In this document: positions 25,496-39,195 of the stretch, piece by piece
How the letters are laid out: each line of letters opens with the position of its first letter
Position numbering within the stretch: position 1 is the first letter of the stretch
Origin: Eledone cirrhosa
Lineage: Eukaryota
Assembly: GCA_964016885.1 (NCBI GenBank)
Contig: OZ024743.1
Span: forward strand, 47,988,001 to 48,052,000
DNA: 64,000 nt
Direction of reading: 5' to 3'
The notes under the pieces: model-generated
The model's database searches: none
What the model was told of the DNA's origin: nothing
The model's input: only the letters and a program-made list of their open reading frames with translations
Translations under genes and position numbers: made by a program

Positions 25496-26789
25496 TATGT
25501 AAATTACATTTATTATAAATTAGCTTGCACTAGATAGGGCGCTTTTTTATGTTTTCATTCCCGGACATTTTCGCTGCATACACATATTTGTTTTGTTTCT
25601 TTTCAAAGAAAAAGGCAGTGACTTTGAAGATTTGGCTTTTAGTTAATAATAAAAAAAATTACTCTATCCACAAGGACTGAGTGCTTATTAAGTTGAATGC
25701 TTTATCAGAGTGGTACTCAATGCATGGGAAGAAGCAGAGTAGCTATTAAGGAGGTAAAAACGTAGTGGCAACTCTGTGATATATTCACAGAGGAAAATAA
25801 ATATTTTTCTTTGATAGCGAGGCTACCCATATGTTTATTGTATATGAATATATAGGTTTTCAAGTACACCTCTATTATGCTTAAACGCTGCCTTAGTGCT
25901 ACTGCCAATTAAATATATATATATAATCACATTCATACATAATTAGTAATTTCTTCTCTAGAATATAACTTAAGAGAATGGATATTGAGCAATTAAAAAA
26001 GCAGCCCTCGGAAAGGAATCAAGATGATGCTGTCAAGCTTGATAAAAAAAAAAATCAAAATTCTATCAACTTAAACCTGAAAACAACAGAACTTTGCAGT
26101 TCCTGTCACTTAAGTTTTACAGTAGTTAGTTAAAGTATTATGATGTCTTTGTTAGGTCTCCTGTATGCTTATCACAGTTAGGAGGAGAACACAAAATGGT
26201 CAAGATTTGAAAACCACAAACAGAAAGCAAGAAAACCCCACAGAAGTCATTGATAGTCTAAGCTGTTACATTATACATACAGAAATCATTTTACCATCAT
26301 CAGATTGCATCCATTTTTTCATGCTGGCATGGGTTGGATGAACATTTTTGAGGCAGAATTCTACACCCAGATGAATGCCTTTTATAACACCATCTCTCAC
26401 CCTACTTTCTTTTTTTAAAGTAGGGTATGCTGAGCAGCAGGAGCTCTGTTTATGCAGAACATAAACAAATACCACCACCTGCACTGTCAAATGCAAAAGC
26501 AAAAAGACATACATATATACAATAGGCTTCCTCACAGTTTCTGTCTACCAAATCTACTCACAAGGCATTAGTCACACCAAGGCTATAATAGAAGACACTT
26601 GCCAAAGTTGCAATGCAGTGGGATAGAATATGAAACCATATGATTGCAAAGTGAATATCTTAATTAAACAGCCATGCCTGAACCTATCAAAACGCCCTGA
26701 ATAAATTTATACATTGAAATACCCTCTTCCATTTCAACTTATCATATGAAGAGATATCATTATCATATAACATGAAGATAAGGAGTTGT

Positions 26790-27408
26790 TATTCTTCTTC
26801 TTCTTTGCTCACGTATTCCTGAAAGGGCCGTGGGGGCAGATTCCTCAAACACTCCCTCCACCGGGTCCTGTTAGAAGCAACCATCTCCAAGTGAGATTAG
26901 CAAGCTCATGGATGTTATCCAACCATCTTGTTCTGAGTCTCTTGCCAGTTGGTTTTGCACATAAAATCTCTCCAGCAATTCTTTGCTGAGACATTCTAAC
27001 CACATGCTTGTAGTATCAGAGAGACTGCTCAGAGCACTCAACATGTGAATGGAGTTCCACTGAAGCAGGTAGAGAAGTTCAAGTATCATGAGTGATGGAA
27101 GGCAGAAGGCTGAATTAAGTGCAAGAATTGCAGGAGCTGATGCAGTAATGCTTCAGCATTCAGTAATCAGAAAAAGGGAGGTTGGAATAAAAACCAAACT
27201 CGCTTTCTTCAATCTGGCATTCATGCCAACCCTTACCTATGGTCATGAATCTTGGGTAATGACTGAAAAAATACGATCACAAATACAAGCGGTCGAAATG
27301 GATTTTTCCTCTGAAGTGTTTTTGGAGTAGCGTTACTTGATAAAGTGCATAGCTTGGAGATTAAAGAGTCACTCCAGGTAGAGCCACTACTCCGAAAAGA
27401 GAGATTAC
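26790..27408 (-). mobile_element. RTE (Rex3/Expander-like) insertion with 5' inversion and 14-bp TSD
   Basis: 3' end with (AAG)n tail on - (26790-27020); upstream coding part on + (about 27035-27408; PTLTYGHESWVMTE); TSD AGAT(A/G)AGGAGTTGT at 26776 and 27409. Confidence 0.8.
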
Positions 27409-28244
27409 AGATGAGGAGTTGTGAGATAAAACATTTGGAAAATAAACTGAAATAGAATGGATCTTCATCAGTTTTGATGATGAATGTTTCAGTTGTTCAA
27501 CCAATGTGACAGCTTGCTTGTGAAATTAATCTACAATTAGTTGAGCATTCCAGACACATACCTGTTATATAATTCTCAGGGAGATTCACAATGACATGGC
27601 TGGACCTTCCAATTATAGCTACACTCCATCTGACAGGCAACTGAACAGTTTCTGTCTCGCCAGTTTCACTAACTATGCTTCGGCCGATCCAAAGCTAAGG
27701 TTAATGACACTTGCTCAAGATACCAGTGGGATCGAACCCAGGACCTTTTGATTGCAAGACAGTATGACAAGGCTGGTCCTTTGAATTACAGATACAGTCC
27801 ATACAACAGGCTTTTGAACAGTTTCTATTTACTCAATTTCACTCACAAGGCTTAGGTTGACCGGAGGTTATAATAAGAGAGACTTGCCCAAGATGCCATG
27901 CAGCAGGATTGATCTGAGAAACTTATGATCACATAGCAGTGTCCAAACTAAAATAAAATATAAATAACAACCATGAATAAAGTAGATTCTTAGTAACCAT
28001 ATTAATGTTAGTATTACTCCACAAATGAGAGAACATGTGTAAACTAAACAGTACGACTATAATATGTCAAGATAGAAGTATACTAAGTCCGGAGTAGTTA
28101 CCAGTGGATTTTGTCAAAGTATACAAAAAAAATAAATAAATAAAATAAAGTTATTGTTACAAAAATATATAACAAGTATGACCCTCCCCTATTTATATTG
28201 GTCTAAAATGGTTGTTAATGAAATCTAGTTCGCCACAGTGACTA

Positions 28245-29100
28245 ATAATGATTTCTAATTTAGGCAGAAGTCCAGCAATTTGTAGGGAGGGGAAAGTTGA
28301 TTAAATTGACCACAGTACTTAATTGGTACTTTATTTTATCAACACCAGAAGGGTGAAAGGCAAAGTTGACCTCGGCAGGATTTGAAATTAGACGGTAAAA
28401 TAGTGAAGGAACAACCACAAAGCATTTTGTCTGACACTCTAACGATCTGCCAATCCACCATCCTTATATAATAATAATTGTTTCTACTTTTGGCACAAGG
28501 CCAGCAACTATCCCAGTGCATTACTGGTACTTTATTTTATCAACCCCATAAGGATGAAAGGCAAAGTTAACCTTGGCAGGATTTGAACTCAGAACATAAG
28601 GGACCGTAACTCTACGCTGCAAAGCATCCGACCCTCTACCGATACTGCCAATCCACCTCCACCGCCTTTATATAATAATAATGGTTTTTGATTTAGACAC
28701 AGAGCCAGCAGTTTGAGGAGTGGAGAAAAATCGATACTGAACCCAGTACTTAACTGTTACTTTATTTTATCAACCCCATAAGGATGAAGGCAAAGCTAAC
28801 CTTGGTGGGATTTGAACTCAGAACATAGAGGCTACTCTATGCCACAAAGCATGCTGTCCAACACTCTAAAGATACTTCCAATCCATCACCGTTAACAATA
28901 ATAATAATGGCTTATGATTTAGACACAAGGCCTGCAAAATTGGGAGAAGGGAAAGTTGATCGTATTGACCTCAGTAGTTGACTGGTATCTGCCTCAAGAA
29001 AATGAAGGGCAAAGTTAACCTTGGTGAGCTTTGAACTCAGAATGCAGAGAGCCATAACTAACATTGCCAATGCTCTAATGATTCTACCAATCCACCACCT
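28245..29100 (-). mobile_element. Head-to-tail array of four tRNA-derived SINEs
   Basis: Four consecutive units of about 200 bp separated by (TAA)n, same family as 17727. Confidence 0.85.
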
Positions 29101-29480
29101 TCAATGATAATAATATACTAATGAGGTAGCTGAGACATCATTGCTGATTGAAAGAAATCTGTCCAGTTCATGTAGGTATTCTCAGAAGTCAGTATTTCAT
29201 TGGTACTCCTGTCTGCCATAATTTAAAAGGAAACTTCCAACCTTAATGGTCCAATTTTATAAGAATAATTACAGCAACAATCGACTTTTTATAAAAGTTG
29301 ACTTCCATATACTCCTTTAATAGAGCTCTCTTGTTTGTTTTTCACTGAATGATGATGAAGGATCTCTTTCTCTCTGTTGTCTCTCAGCAAATCTGTGATG
29401 AACAATCAGCCAAATAAAGAATAGCTGAGTGATTTATGTGGGCTAAACACTTGAGATGTCCAAAAGGAAGAGACTGGAGG

Positions 29481-29667
29481 TTAACTACTATGGTTACAAT
29501 CTATTTCTTCAGAATTTAGACTAGCCATACTTGTGGTTGATGAAGGACCACCTTGTAATTTCCTCACATTCCAGTGTAAACATTCAGCTAAACTGTTAAA
29601 CCAATCGTCAATAGGATCCTTACAACATATTGAAGGAACTGGATGAGTTGCTGTCTTGATTTTAACA
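29481..29667 (-). CDS. NADK: NAD kinase terminal exon
   Basis: TTTTGCAG| (C)VKIKTATHPVPSICCKDPIDDWFNSLAECLHWNVRKLQ...NHSS*; the WFxSLAxCLHWNVRK motif of metazoan NADK. Confidence 0.95.
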
Positions 29668-29744
29668 CTGCAAAAAATAAATAAATAAATAAAAAAAACA
29701 TTCATATCATTAGAAATGTAAAATTCTACATGGGGAATATTTTT

Positions 29745-30101
29745 ATTAAGTGATGTCAATGTGCGTGAAAGGCCGAGCATGAATGTGTTGAGAGAGAAAC
29801 TGTGTTTAAGAGGGATAAGTTGTAGTGTGTGGGAGAGAAGACTGCGATGGTATGGACATGTGATGTGTAAGGAGGATGACCGCTGGGTAAAGACGTGCCA
29901 AGAAATGCCAGTTGAAGGAAGACGTAGTAAAGGAAGACCATGAAAAACATGGACGGAGGTGGTGAGAGCAGACCTCAGATCGCTGAAGCTCACGGTGGAG
30001 ATGACAAAGGACCATGACAAGTGGAGAAATGCTGTGCTGAATAGGACCCGTCCAACCCTTGTAAGCAGGGAAAAGCGAACGTATGATGATGATGATGATG
30101 A
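29745..30101 (+). mobile_element. RTE LINE 3' fragment with (GAT)n tail
   Basis: ERRLRWYGHVM...GRP*KTW and GATGATGAT tail. Confidence 0.85.
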
Positions 30102-30444
30102 AACAACTACAGACACCAAGTATTTAAAGGCTACTTGGGTCAACCTAAGGCTATGGTAAATCACACTTGCCTAACTTACCATGTAGTGGGATCAAACTCA
30201 GAACCTCATAATTGAGGAGTAAACCTAACCAGTTGGCCATGCTGCGTCCACTTTTCAAGATGAAGATTTTCTAGAAAATACTGATCCATTCAACATTGAC
30301 TACTTGGATAACAAATCTCTCATCCTATACATACAAAAAATAGAGCACTTGGAGCCTATCAAGTATACCAGTTATGAACTATATCAGGATAAGATGCAGC
30401 CTCAGTGTTTTAAGCTAATGAGCTGCATCTAATGCAAACTTTGT

Positions 30445-31750
30445 CTCTTCTTTTTCACCCAATTATCCCTGAAAGTGTCATGGGAGCTGAGTCCTCAAAC
30501 ATGCCATCCAGTGAATCCTGTCAGGAATAACTGTCTCCAATTGATCTAGCTGGATCCCCAAGCGAGACTGGATATTGTCTAACCATCTTTCTCAGGGTCT
30601 ATTCTTGGGTCTCCTATCGGTTGGTTTTGCCCAGAAAATCTGTCCAGTGATTCTTTCCTGAAACATTCTAATCCCATGCCTGTAGTATCGGAACTGTTAT
30701 CTCTCAATTCAGAGAAGTAGCTGCTTCTCTGATCTCTGAGCAATGCATTCTATCGAGTAACATTACTCCAAAGACCTTTAGAGGAACCCCATTTTGGCTG
30801 CTTGTATTGGCGATCATATTCTTTCGGTCACTAACCAAGATTCATGACCATCGGTAAGGGTTAGCATGAATACCAAATTGAAGGTAGTGAGTTTGGTTTA
30901 TACACCTACCTCCCTTCTGATTACCAAATGTTGAAGCTGGCACATTACTGCACCAGCTCCTGCAATTTTGGCAATCAATTCAGCCTCTTGCCTTCCATCA
31001 TTCATGAACACGGCCCTGAGATACTTCAACTTCTCTACCTGCTTCAGTGGAATTCTACTCACATGTAGAGTGCACTGTGCAGGCTTCCTTGAGAAGACGA
31101 CTGTCTTAGTCATTGCAGCACTGAAGCACTCAGCATCAAACCATTCAAATGCAAGTTGGAGATCATCTTCTGATGAGTTAAATGATATCATGTCACCTGC
31201 TTCTACACCCAGCAGTCATGATACACTTCCAACTTGGTTGCATATGTCAATTCTGTTCATGAAGATTAAAGACAGGAGAGGTGACAGTACACACCCTGGA
31301 AGGAGTCTGACTTCCACATTGAGTTGTTTTGATTTAGCACCAGGGCATCTGTATAAAGACATCAGGCAATAGGAATCTGTCCATTGATCCCATACTTATG
31401 CAGAACCTTCCACAGCAGGTCCCGTGGAACATGGTCATATACGTTCTCGAGGTCTATGAAGCAAGCATACACCTCTTGACCTGCTGCAGTGTGATTATTT
31501 GGTTGGTTGTGCTGCATCTAGGAGGAAAACCACACTGTTCATAGGGGAGATGAAGCAATTGGTGGCACCTTTAACTCCCAAGAAAATCCTCCTAACTTGG
31601 TTATGTAGCTATGAGGTGAGTAAAGGCCATCTCAAAAAAGCCTAGTCTTCGCAGGTCTGAGAAAAGTACCAGATTGATGACTAGCTTGAATAAGATCACC
31701 AAAACTGCAATATGGTTAGAGAGAACAAAAACAATCATACCACATCATCT
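30445..31750 (-). mobile_element. Degenerate RTE (Rex3/Expander-like) LINE
   Basis: CFIDLENVYDHVPR, GCVLSPLL, LKQVEKLKYL...DGRQEAE remnants with frameshifts. Confidence 0.8.
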
Positions 31751-32310
31751 TTCATGTGGGGATAACAAGGGATATGTTCAGGCCTTAGGTAGAGGGGCCT
31801 GTTCGAAAAACATATTAGTCTCCAAAGAGGGTTAGGAAGGGAGCAAACTGTAACCAACTTTGTTTCTTGATTTATAATTTCAATCTAAGCTGATTATTTA
31901 TCGAAAATAGAGCCATGAACTATTCAGGGGAATACAAAAGATAAAGTTTTATGTTTTTATTTTTGCTCATGGCCCATGTATATATTACCATATCTTACAT
32001 AGAAAAATGTTTAAATCCCTCAAACCCACAGAAAACCCAATAGCTGACATGTTACCATCTCTGGCTTAGATGAACCCACAACAAGAGAGCTTCTATGTAG
32101 TCACTCACCATGCTACAAATAACAACTAAATCTTCCTCAGATCACACCCCACTATCCTAAAAATATAACATTGGATATTGTGGTCCTCAATTTCCTGCAC
32201 ATAGGAAAAAATTGGGATGGTCACAGCTGGAATGTCTTTCATCATAGGTATGTTTGATTGGGGCTGACCTAGGGCTAAATAACAACAACAATAGTTTCAA
32301 GGTAACTTAC

Positions 32311-32393
32311 CAATCACCGACCCTCAGCTCCTGCCGGCTGCGACCATCAAATGAAACCCATGCTGTATTGCGTGCTTCTTTGGATACCATCAA
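32311..32393 (-). CDS. NADK: NAD kinase exon
   Basis: TGTAG|LMVSKEARNTAWVSFDGRSRQELRVGD|GTAAGT; the ARNTAWVSFDGR motif. Confidence 0.95.
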
Positions 32394-35201
32394 CTACAAC
32401 AGCAAATATTTAAGTTTTTCACACTTGTTTGTATATAAATAAATAATTGTTTCTACTTTAGGCACAAGGCCAGCAATTAACCAGTGCATTACTGGTACTT
32501 TATTTTATCGACCCCATAAAGATGAAAGGCAAAGTCAACCTCGGCGGGATTTGAACTCAGATCTTTGTATATAAGATTATTTGTATATAAATAAATAATA
32601 AAATAAAGAAACATATCTATGTGCAGATAGATATGTTAAAAATTAGCTCCTTGCACAAACACATACATAAGCACAGAAACACACATGCTCACATAAACAC
32701 ACGTCTTCACAGACAGACATACACAGATGCTTATTACAATTTGTTTGATTTCATTTCGATATGAATCAACGTTAAAAAATTTGTTTGCTTAAATTTAAGT
32801 TGAAGCTCTGCACTGAAGTTAAAACTTTGTAGCAGTTGCCTCCCTTGTTGTGACACTCACAACACCATCTAGACAGGAAGTAGAACCCTTTCTGTAACTT
32901 CCGGTCAGAACCCTATAAAACTAACAACTTTAAGTTCTCACTCTCTCATTTGCCCTTCCGGCGCCTGGCCTTCGCCAGGCGTCTTCTGCCAGCCTGCGTT
33001 TGCCTGGCAATCAAAACGGTAACTACTAACTTTGTTTCATTCTTTCATCTATTTCTTTGACATGTCAACTATACTGTTAAATTGTTAATTAAATATTATA
33101 CACACAAACCATGTCTCCTTGTTACATTCATACACGCTAGTATTTCCGCTATAACTTCATAGGTTAGGATTAATGGACAGCTAATATAATACAACATAAC
33201 AAGCAGTATATTTTAGTGATATAATTTTAGTGTGGCCAGTTTATCTTGTGAAGTAGATACAGGAATGAATTGATATGTACTTCTAATGTAATTCAAAAGT
33301 CAAATCAGTGTGACATAATAGGTGACAAGACAAGATATTTGAATTATTGGTACATCTGATGGACTTCCATAATTTCTACCTACCCTATTTCACTTACATG
33401 GTTTGGGTTGACCCAAAGCTGTAGTAAAGACACTAGCGCAAGATGTGAGGTTGTTGGCATGCCCTCGTGTGTTAGACACATGGAAGTCAATGAAAGGGTT
33501 AGTTGGCTAAAACATCTCCTACAATTTAATTGCTTCAGTTTCAAGACATGCTCTCAAATGAAGTTATTTGCCAAACTAGTTACAACTTCAAAAGTAAACT
33601 AATAGTTGACAGCAATAGTTAAAGACTATAAATGTTGTGTAAGAGTGAGATGAAAAGTATTCAGTTTCAACAATTTGTTCCAGTTGTTCAATCACAGAAC
33701 AGCCTGTAACATGTAAGCAGCAGATCATTTTACAGGAAATGTCTACTCAGTCATACTGCACCCACAAATACTTTTGTAATGACAAAGACAGGATACCTAT
33801 TGAAGATCCCCTTTGGTCACTAATGACTATGTGATTTGCCCTTAGAACGTTTCCCTCCGAGGCACAAGTGCAGGCAAGGTTGTTTGTGGAAGACCAGTAG
33901 TAGCCCATGCATACCAACCTCCTCTCTCCATGCGACCGATGTTGTCCAAATGAAAGGCAATGGCCGATACAGCGTGGAACCAGTGACGTTGCAACTCATT
34001 TCTACAGCTGAGTTAACTGGAGCAACGTGAAATAAAGTGTCTTGCTCAATGCATCACCCGGTCCAAGAATCGAAGTCATAACCTTTCAATTGCAAGCCCA
34101 ATGCTCTAATCACTAAGGCTTGCGCCTTCACGGATATCTATCTGGCAAAACATTATATAACAGTATTAGTCATGTGTGTGCATTTCAAATTTTGGCACAG
34201 TTTCTACAGTTAGATGCCCTTCCTAACATAACCACTTTACAGAAAAGTTTTAAGGTGCATTTAATCAGGGCACCAATACCAACAGCAGAAACACTGTCAT
34301 GTCCTCAAGAAGACTAAAGTTTTCTCGTTGCCTTACATTGTCTCACTTCAATCGTCAATCACTCACTTATATGTCCTATGGTTCAATGAAAATCAACAGT
34401 ATGAGTTGGTACCAGAAAAGGCAACTGACCATACAATTTTGCTTCAAAATCTCATCGAATTCATCTCAACATAGAAAACTAGACCTGTTGATAATGATGA
34501 TGAAGAGGAGGTTGAACCTGATGTTTATGTGTCATTTAAATTGCTCTTGGTCCAGGTAGTTCAGAATGACAGTCATTATCTGATTATAATTCCTTCCAAA
34601 TGTCTAGGTAGCAGATTGACAGAATAATTAGAATATAGGACAAAATGTTGCAAATTTGTTAGAGTGTAGGAGAAATGGCTAGAATGTACTGAGTGCATAT
34701 TATTGTGTCACTAGCACTAAAGAGGTTGTCACATGCTTGACATGCCCGAGAGTCCTCTCTACTCTTACTTGTCATGGTTTCAATGGCTGGATGTCTTGTC
34801 CTAATACAAACCACTTAAAAGAGTACACTAGGGGCATTTTATCATGGCACCAGCACTAGAGAGGTTGTTAAATTGTGGATATCACTGGAGTCCTTTTTGG
34901 CACGATTTCTATGGCTGTATGTCCTTAATTCCAACCAGTTAACAGACTGTATTGGGTACATTTTATTGTACTACCAGCATTAGAGAAGCTGTCATGTGTT
35001 AAACATGATTGAAGAAACCTTTAAATCCTTTTTGAGTTTCTATGGCTGTGGGAGCACTGTTTCTGTGGCTGTGGGCCATGCACAATGTCAATTACTTTAT
35101 ATTTAATAAATCAATAACTGAAAATGGGAGGAAAATACCAAAGAAATTAATGAGATCAATATATGGAAAATAACTGAGTATATTATTGTGGATGAACTGA
35201 C

Positions 35202-35359
35202 CTTTATCTCAACTCCAGCTGGTACTACAATAGGTCGGAAAGACAATGAATGAGGGCAGATCGGGGTTATCATAATAGATGGCACACTAGGGTGCATCAT
35301 TGAGGCACCTGCAGCTACAGCATAGGCTGTACTTCCAGTAGGAGTAGATATTATTATAC
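35202..35359 (-). CDS. NADK: NAD kinase exon (conserved domain II)
   Basis: (G)[52 protein letters not shown]; AG/GT borders in phase. Confidence 0.97.
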
Positions 35360-35548
35360 CTGAAGAAAAGAAAATAACAATCATGGAATTTGCCTTTTAC
35401 TGAGTTTCAGTCATTTTATACTGTCAACATGCTAGAACACTACCTTGAGAGTGTTAGTCAATAATATCGACCTCCAGAACATATATTTTTTAAAGTTTAG
35501 CACTTATTTTCTTGATATCTTTTTGTCAAACAGCTAAGTTATAGAACA

Positions 35549-36137
35549 TCCACACTTAGAATTTGTATCACCAGCCTGGAACCCCTATCTTGCTCAGAAC
35601 ATTGACCGCCTGGAAACTGTTCAGAGATGTACAACCAAGCGAATACCCTCCATCAGGCATCTACCATACTCTGAACGCCTTGCTTCCCTGGGCATGGATA
35701 CATTGCAGCTCCGACGTCTGGCAACTGACTTGGTAAACACCCACAAAATTGTTAACCATCTTGCCAACAACAACCCTGAGTACCTTTTTGATTTTCATGT
35801 GGACATGTCCACAAAGTCAGAAAGCAGCACAGCTCCCATGACTTTCGGAAACATTTTTTCACGCTCAGAATTGCTGAAGCATGGAACAAACTACCTGCAT
35901 CAGTTGTTAGCTGTCGAGACACTGCATCCTTTAAAATCCCCATGCTTCCCGAGATTCGCCAACACTACACCTAATATTCCCCCTCCATACACATACACAC
36001 ATGTATATCATGACTCATACACTATTCACTTCCCTGACATTTGTATATTATTCTATGTACTATACATGCACCTTTGTGAGTTGTAGTGCACCTGAGCACT
36101 TTACACAATAATTTCATTATTATTATTATTATTATTA
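35549..36137 (+). mobile_element. CR1-like LINE 3' fragment with (ATT)n tail
   Basis: PHLEF..WNPY..LETVQR motifs; near-identical to 51930-52582; short copy at about 47775-47898. Confidence 0.85.
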
Positions 36138-36936
36138 TTTCATAAACAAAGACAGGCAGTGGGACAGAACAAAAAATCCAGTTGTTGCATAGTGAAATCC
36201 TTAACCACTCAGCCACACTTGAGCCCTAATCTTTTTTATTGTTCCTAATTCTTTTTCTTTCTCAAATAGAAACAATACCATCAAAAATGGTAAGAAAAAA
36301 GAAACAAGAGCATTGCTGGGACTTGAACCCTCCATTGCTTGCTAGGCGACTGTATTACTAATTTTACTCTAGAATACTATCAATCCTTCTATCCACCACC
36401 GTCTCTCTCTGTCTTAAAGATAGGAATACAATCTAAGCATTTTAAGGCCATTATCCCTGCTAAAGCAGGGGTTAGTCTTACAGGCCTCATGGCAAGTTTC
36501 TTTCCTTCACATCCACTAACTTTTATTTCATTATATATTATCTTTAACTATGTCTTTCTTAGTCTTTCTCTTCTAATTCCTTCCACATTCATTTCTATCT
36601 CTCTTCTCATCCAATCATTTTCATCCTTCTTAAACACATGACCCAACCATTTCTCTTCACAACATTCATCACTGATTCTATTCCAATCATCCTGTGCAAT
36701 TCCTTGTTTATCTTCCTCTCCCTGAACAATATTCTACTTACCCAGTGGAACAGTCCAACTTCTTTGCTGCATGGTTTAGAAAAGGTACACATAATAAGAG
36801 GTGACTAAAAGAGTTGACACCAAGAAGGGCATCCAGCCATAAAACACTGCCTCAAAAAGGGCTCCAATATGAGTATAATAACCAAAGATAGGGATATAAC
36901 AACAGCAACAATGATGATTTCTAATTTAGGTACACC

Positions 36937-37950
36937 ATCATCATCTCATCATCTTCGTTTAACGTCCATTTTCCACGCTAGCATGGGTTAGACGGAAGTT
37001 GTCCCACTTGAGGCAAGGTTGGTCGGGTGACCATGTCTCGCTCATATAGGACTATCTGGCAGGTTTTCTATGGCTGGATGCCCTTCCTAACACCAACCAC
37101 ATTTACAGTGCGGAACTGGGAAATTTTTACCGTGTTACCTACATGGCCACATTACAGCGTGGACTGTGTGTTTTTTTCTCGTGACACCTACACGATCTCG
37201 ATCTCATTTATCTCATTTATTTGGACTGGATGTTGTGGTACCAACTTTATAGAGAAAGGGTGGTATTGGTGGGAGTGGGAAGATAGGGTAGGGGTAGTGA
37301 ATTGGGGTGTATATTTGGTTAAGAGGTGCCTACTGACTGTAGGTTTCGCTTTGTACATAGGCAAGGCGGGTCTTCTGTATTACTGCGTAGCGCCAAAGAT
37401 CTCGGTCCAGTGACATTGTCTTAGAGAGGTGCAAGTGTGTAAGGTCGGAATTTATCAGATCGTTCCAGGTTTTTCTGGGTCTACCTACTCCGTAACTACC
37501 ATCAATTTTGATCGCCCTACATTTTTATACAGCTGTCGTCTTTCATGCGCATCACGTGATCATACCAACGTAGTCTTCTCTCGAGTAAACAGCATCTGAT
37601 CCCTCTTATTCCTAATTTCTCACTTAGTTAATTTATGCTTTGCCGGTCACGTATATTACTATTACACATCCAACGGAGCATGCATGCTTCGTTCCTTTCC
37701 AGTCTACGCAGGTCCTCTGCACGCAATGCCCATGTCTCACTGCCATGTAACATCGCTGTTCGTATACAAGCATCATACAATCTGCCTTTCATTTTTAGAG
37801 AGAAACCTTTTGTGGCCAACAGCGGTATAAGCTCTCTGAACTTTTTCCATCCCGTTCTGACTCTGGCTACTGTACTTTCAGAACACCCTCCACCACTGCT
37901 GATTCCGTCACCCAGCTAATGGAAAGTGTCTACTATTTCTATAGAACCAA
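36937..37950 (-). mobile_element. RTE LINE 3' fragment (subfamily A)
   Basis: KGFSLKMKGRLYDACIRTAMLHGSETWAL; 3' UTR like 16196-16594. Confidence 0.9.
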
Positions 37951-38038
37951 GGCTACCAATTTGTGGAGGTGGGGAAGAAGAAAAAGAAGAGGATGGGGGA
38001 GTAGGAGGAGGGGTAGAACATCAACAACAACAACTCAC

Positions 38039-38138
38039 CATCTCCTTGTACAGATGTGACTAAATGCCGCTCCACATACAAATCCAGATTACACAAATAG
38101 GGAGATAATCCTCGGTCAAGAACAACTTCATTCAGTAC
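38039..38138 (-). CDS. NADK: NAD kinase exon (NE motif)
   Basis: TTGCAG|VLNEVVLDRGLSPYLCNLDLYVERHLVTSVQGD|GTGAGT. Confidence 0.97.
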
Positions 38139-38594
38139 CTGCAAGTAGTTAAAACCAGATAAGTTTGTTGTATGCCTAGGAAGAAGGACCTAATTTTGTT
38201 TCAGATCATAAGGGTTCATAGGGCAGAAGAAACTCAACTTTAGTTTCCTTAGTGTTAAGTGGAATAACAAATACCCCTCCTGAATAATTCATAGAACTAA
38301 CACATGTAAGTTTTCCCATATGATAATTAGCATTGTGAGCAAGTGAACCAGCATTGTAAGCTATATAGAATACTGCCGGAAAAAGTCTCATGTCTGCATG
38401 GAAAATGGTAATAAAGACTTTCTCATTATTACGCTGGTGTTGAGAATAAAGGTTCTTACATAGATTTATGATGGAAGGATTTTAGAAAAATACAAATACT
38501 TTCAAAGAAACAGTTTTGTATCATAGAACCAAGGGAGGTGTCAGGTGGTTTAATATCAAAATGGTTAAAAACAAAAGCAAAACCAAGAACTAAC

Positions 38595-38689
38595 CAGAAT
38601 ATTTTTCCAGTCACTCTTCTTTGATGATTCCAAACCAGCTTTACAGACAATACATTCTAGTCGGCTTCGAAGTAGTAAAGTAGCGTTAC
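38595..38689 (-). CDS. NADK: NAD kinase exon
   Basis: AAAG|(G)NATLLLRSRLECIVCKAGLESSKKSDWKNIL|GTTAGT; LRSRL motif; phases fit both neighbours. Confidence 0.9.
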
Positions 38690-39017
38690 CTTTAGATTAG
38701 AACAGCAACAATAACTTCAGTATTAGTTGACATTAAATATATGAGGGACATACAAATGGAACATATAATAAAGAGCAGGCCCATTAGATTATGAACTGTA
38801 GAAAACAAAAACATTATAACACATTACTCCATATTTATAGTTTATGTGAGAAGAGTTAGAATTTTCATTTTTACACCCATTTTTGTATGCTTGTATGGGT
38901 TGGTTGAAGCCTGGAGCCCATTCTAGTTTTGTTGGCATTAACCTCTTCAGAGCCATAGATGAGATAACTCACCCTAACATGTATGTGCCACAGACGAGAT
39001 AACTTGTCCTAACATGT

Positions 39018-39195
39018 TTGAACTCCTTTCTAACAGTTCATAACTTCAAAGTTATGAACTTGTTTCCAACAGTTCATATCTTCAAAGTTATGAACTTGTT
39101 TCCAACAGTTCATAACTTCAAAGTTATGAACTTGTTTCCAACAGTTCATAACTTCAAAGTTATGAACTTGTTTCCAACAGTTCATAACTTCAAAG
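39018..39195. repeat. 36-bp palindromic minisatellite, about 5 copies
   Basis: Unit AAGTTATGAACT-TGTTTCCAAC-AGTTCATAACTT-CA. Confidence 0.92.

Noticed and set aside
29668-30164. N-terminal part of ORF 29481-30164
   Set aside because: Intron and antisense LINE; the NADK exon starts at the acceptor at 29667.
39018-39195. CRISPR array (36-bp palindromic repeats)
   Set aside because: Units are contiguous with no spacers; no cas genes; eukaryotic intron.
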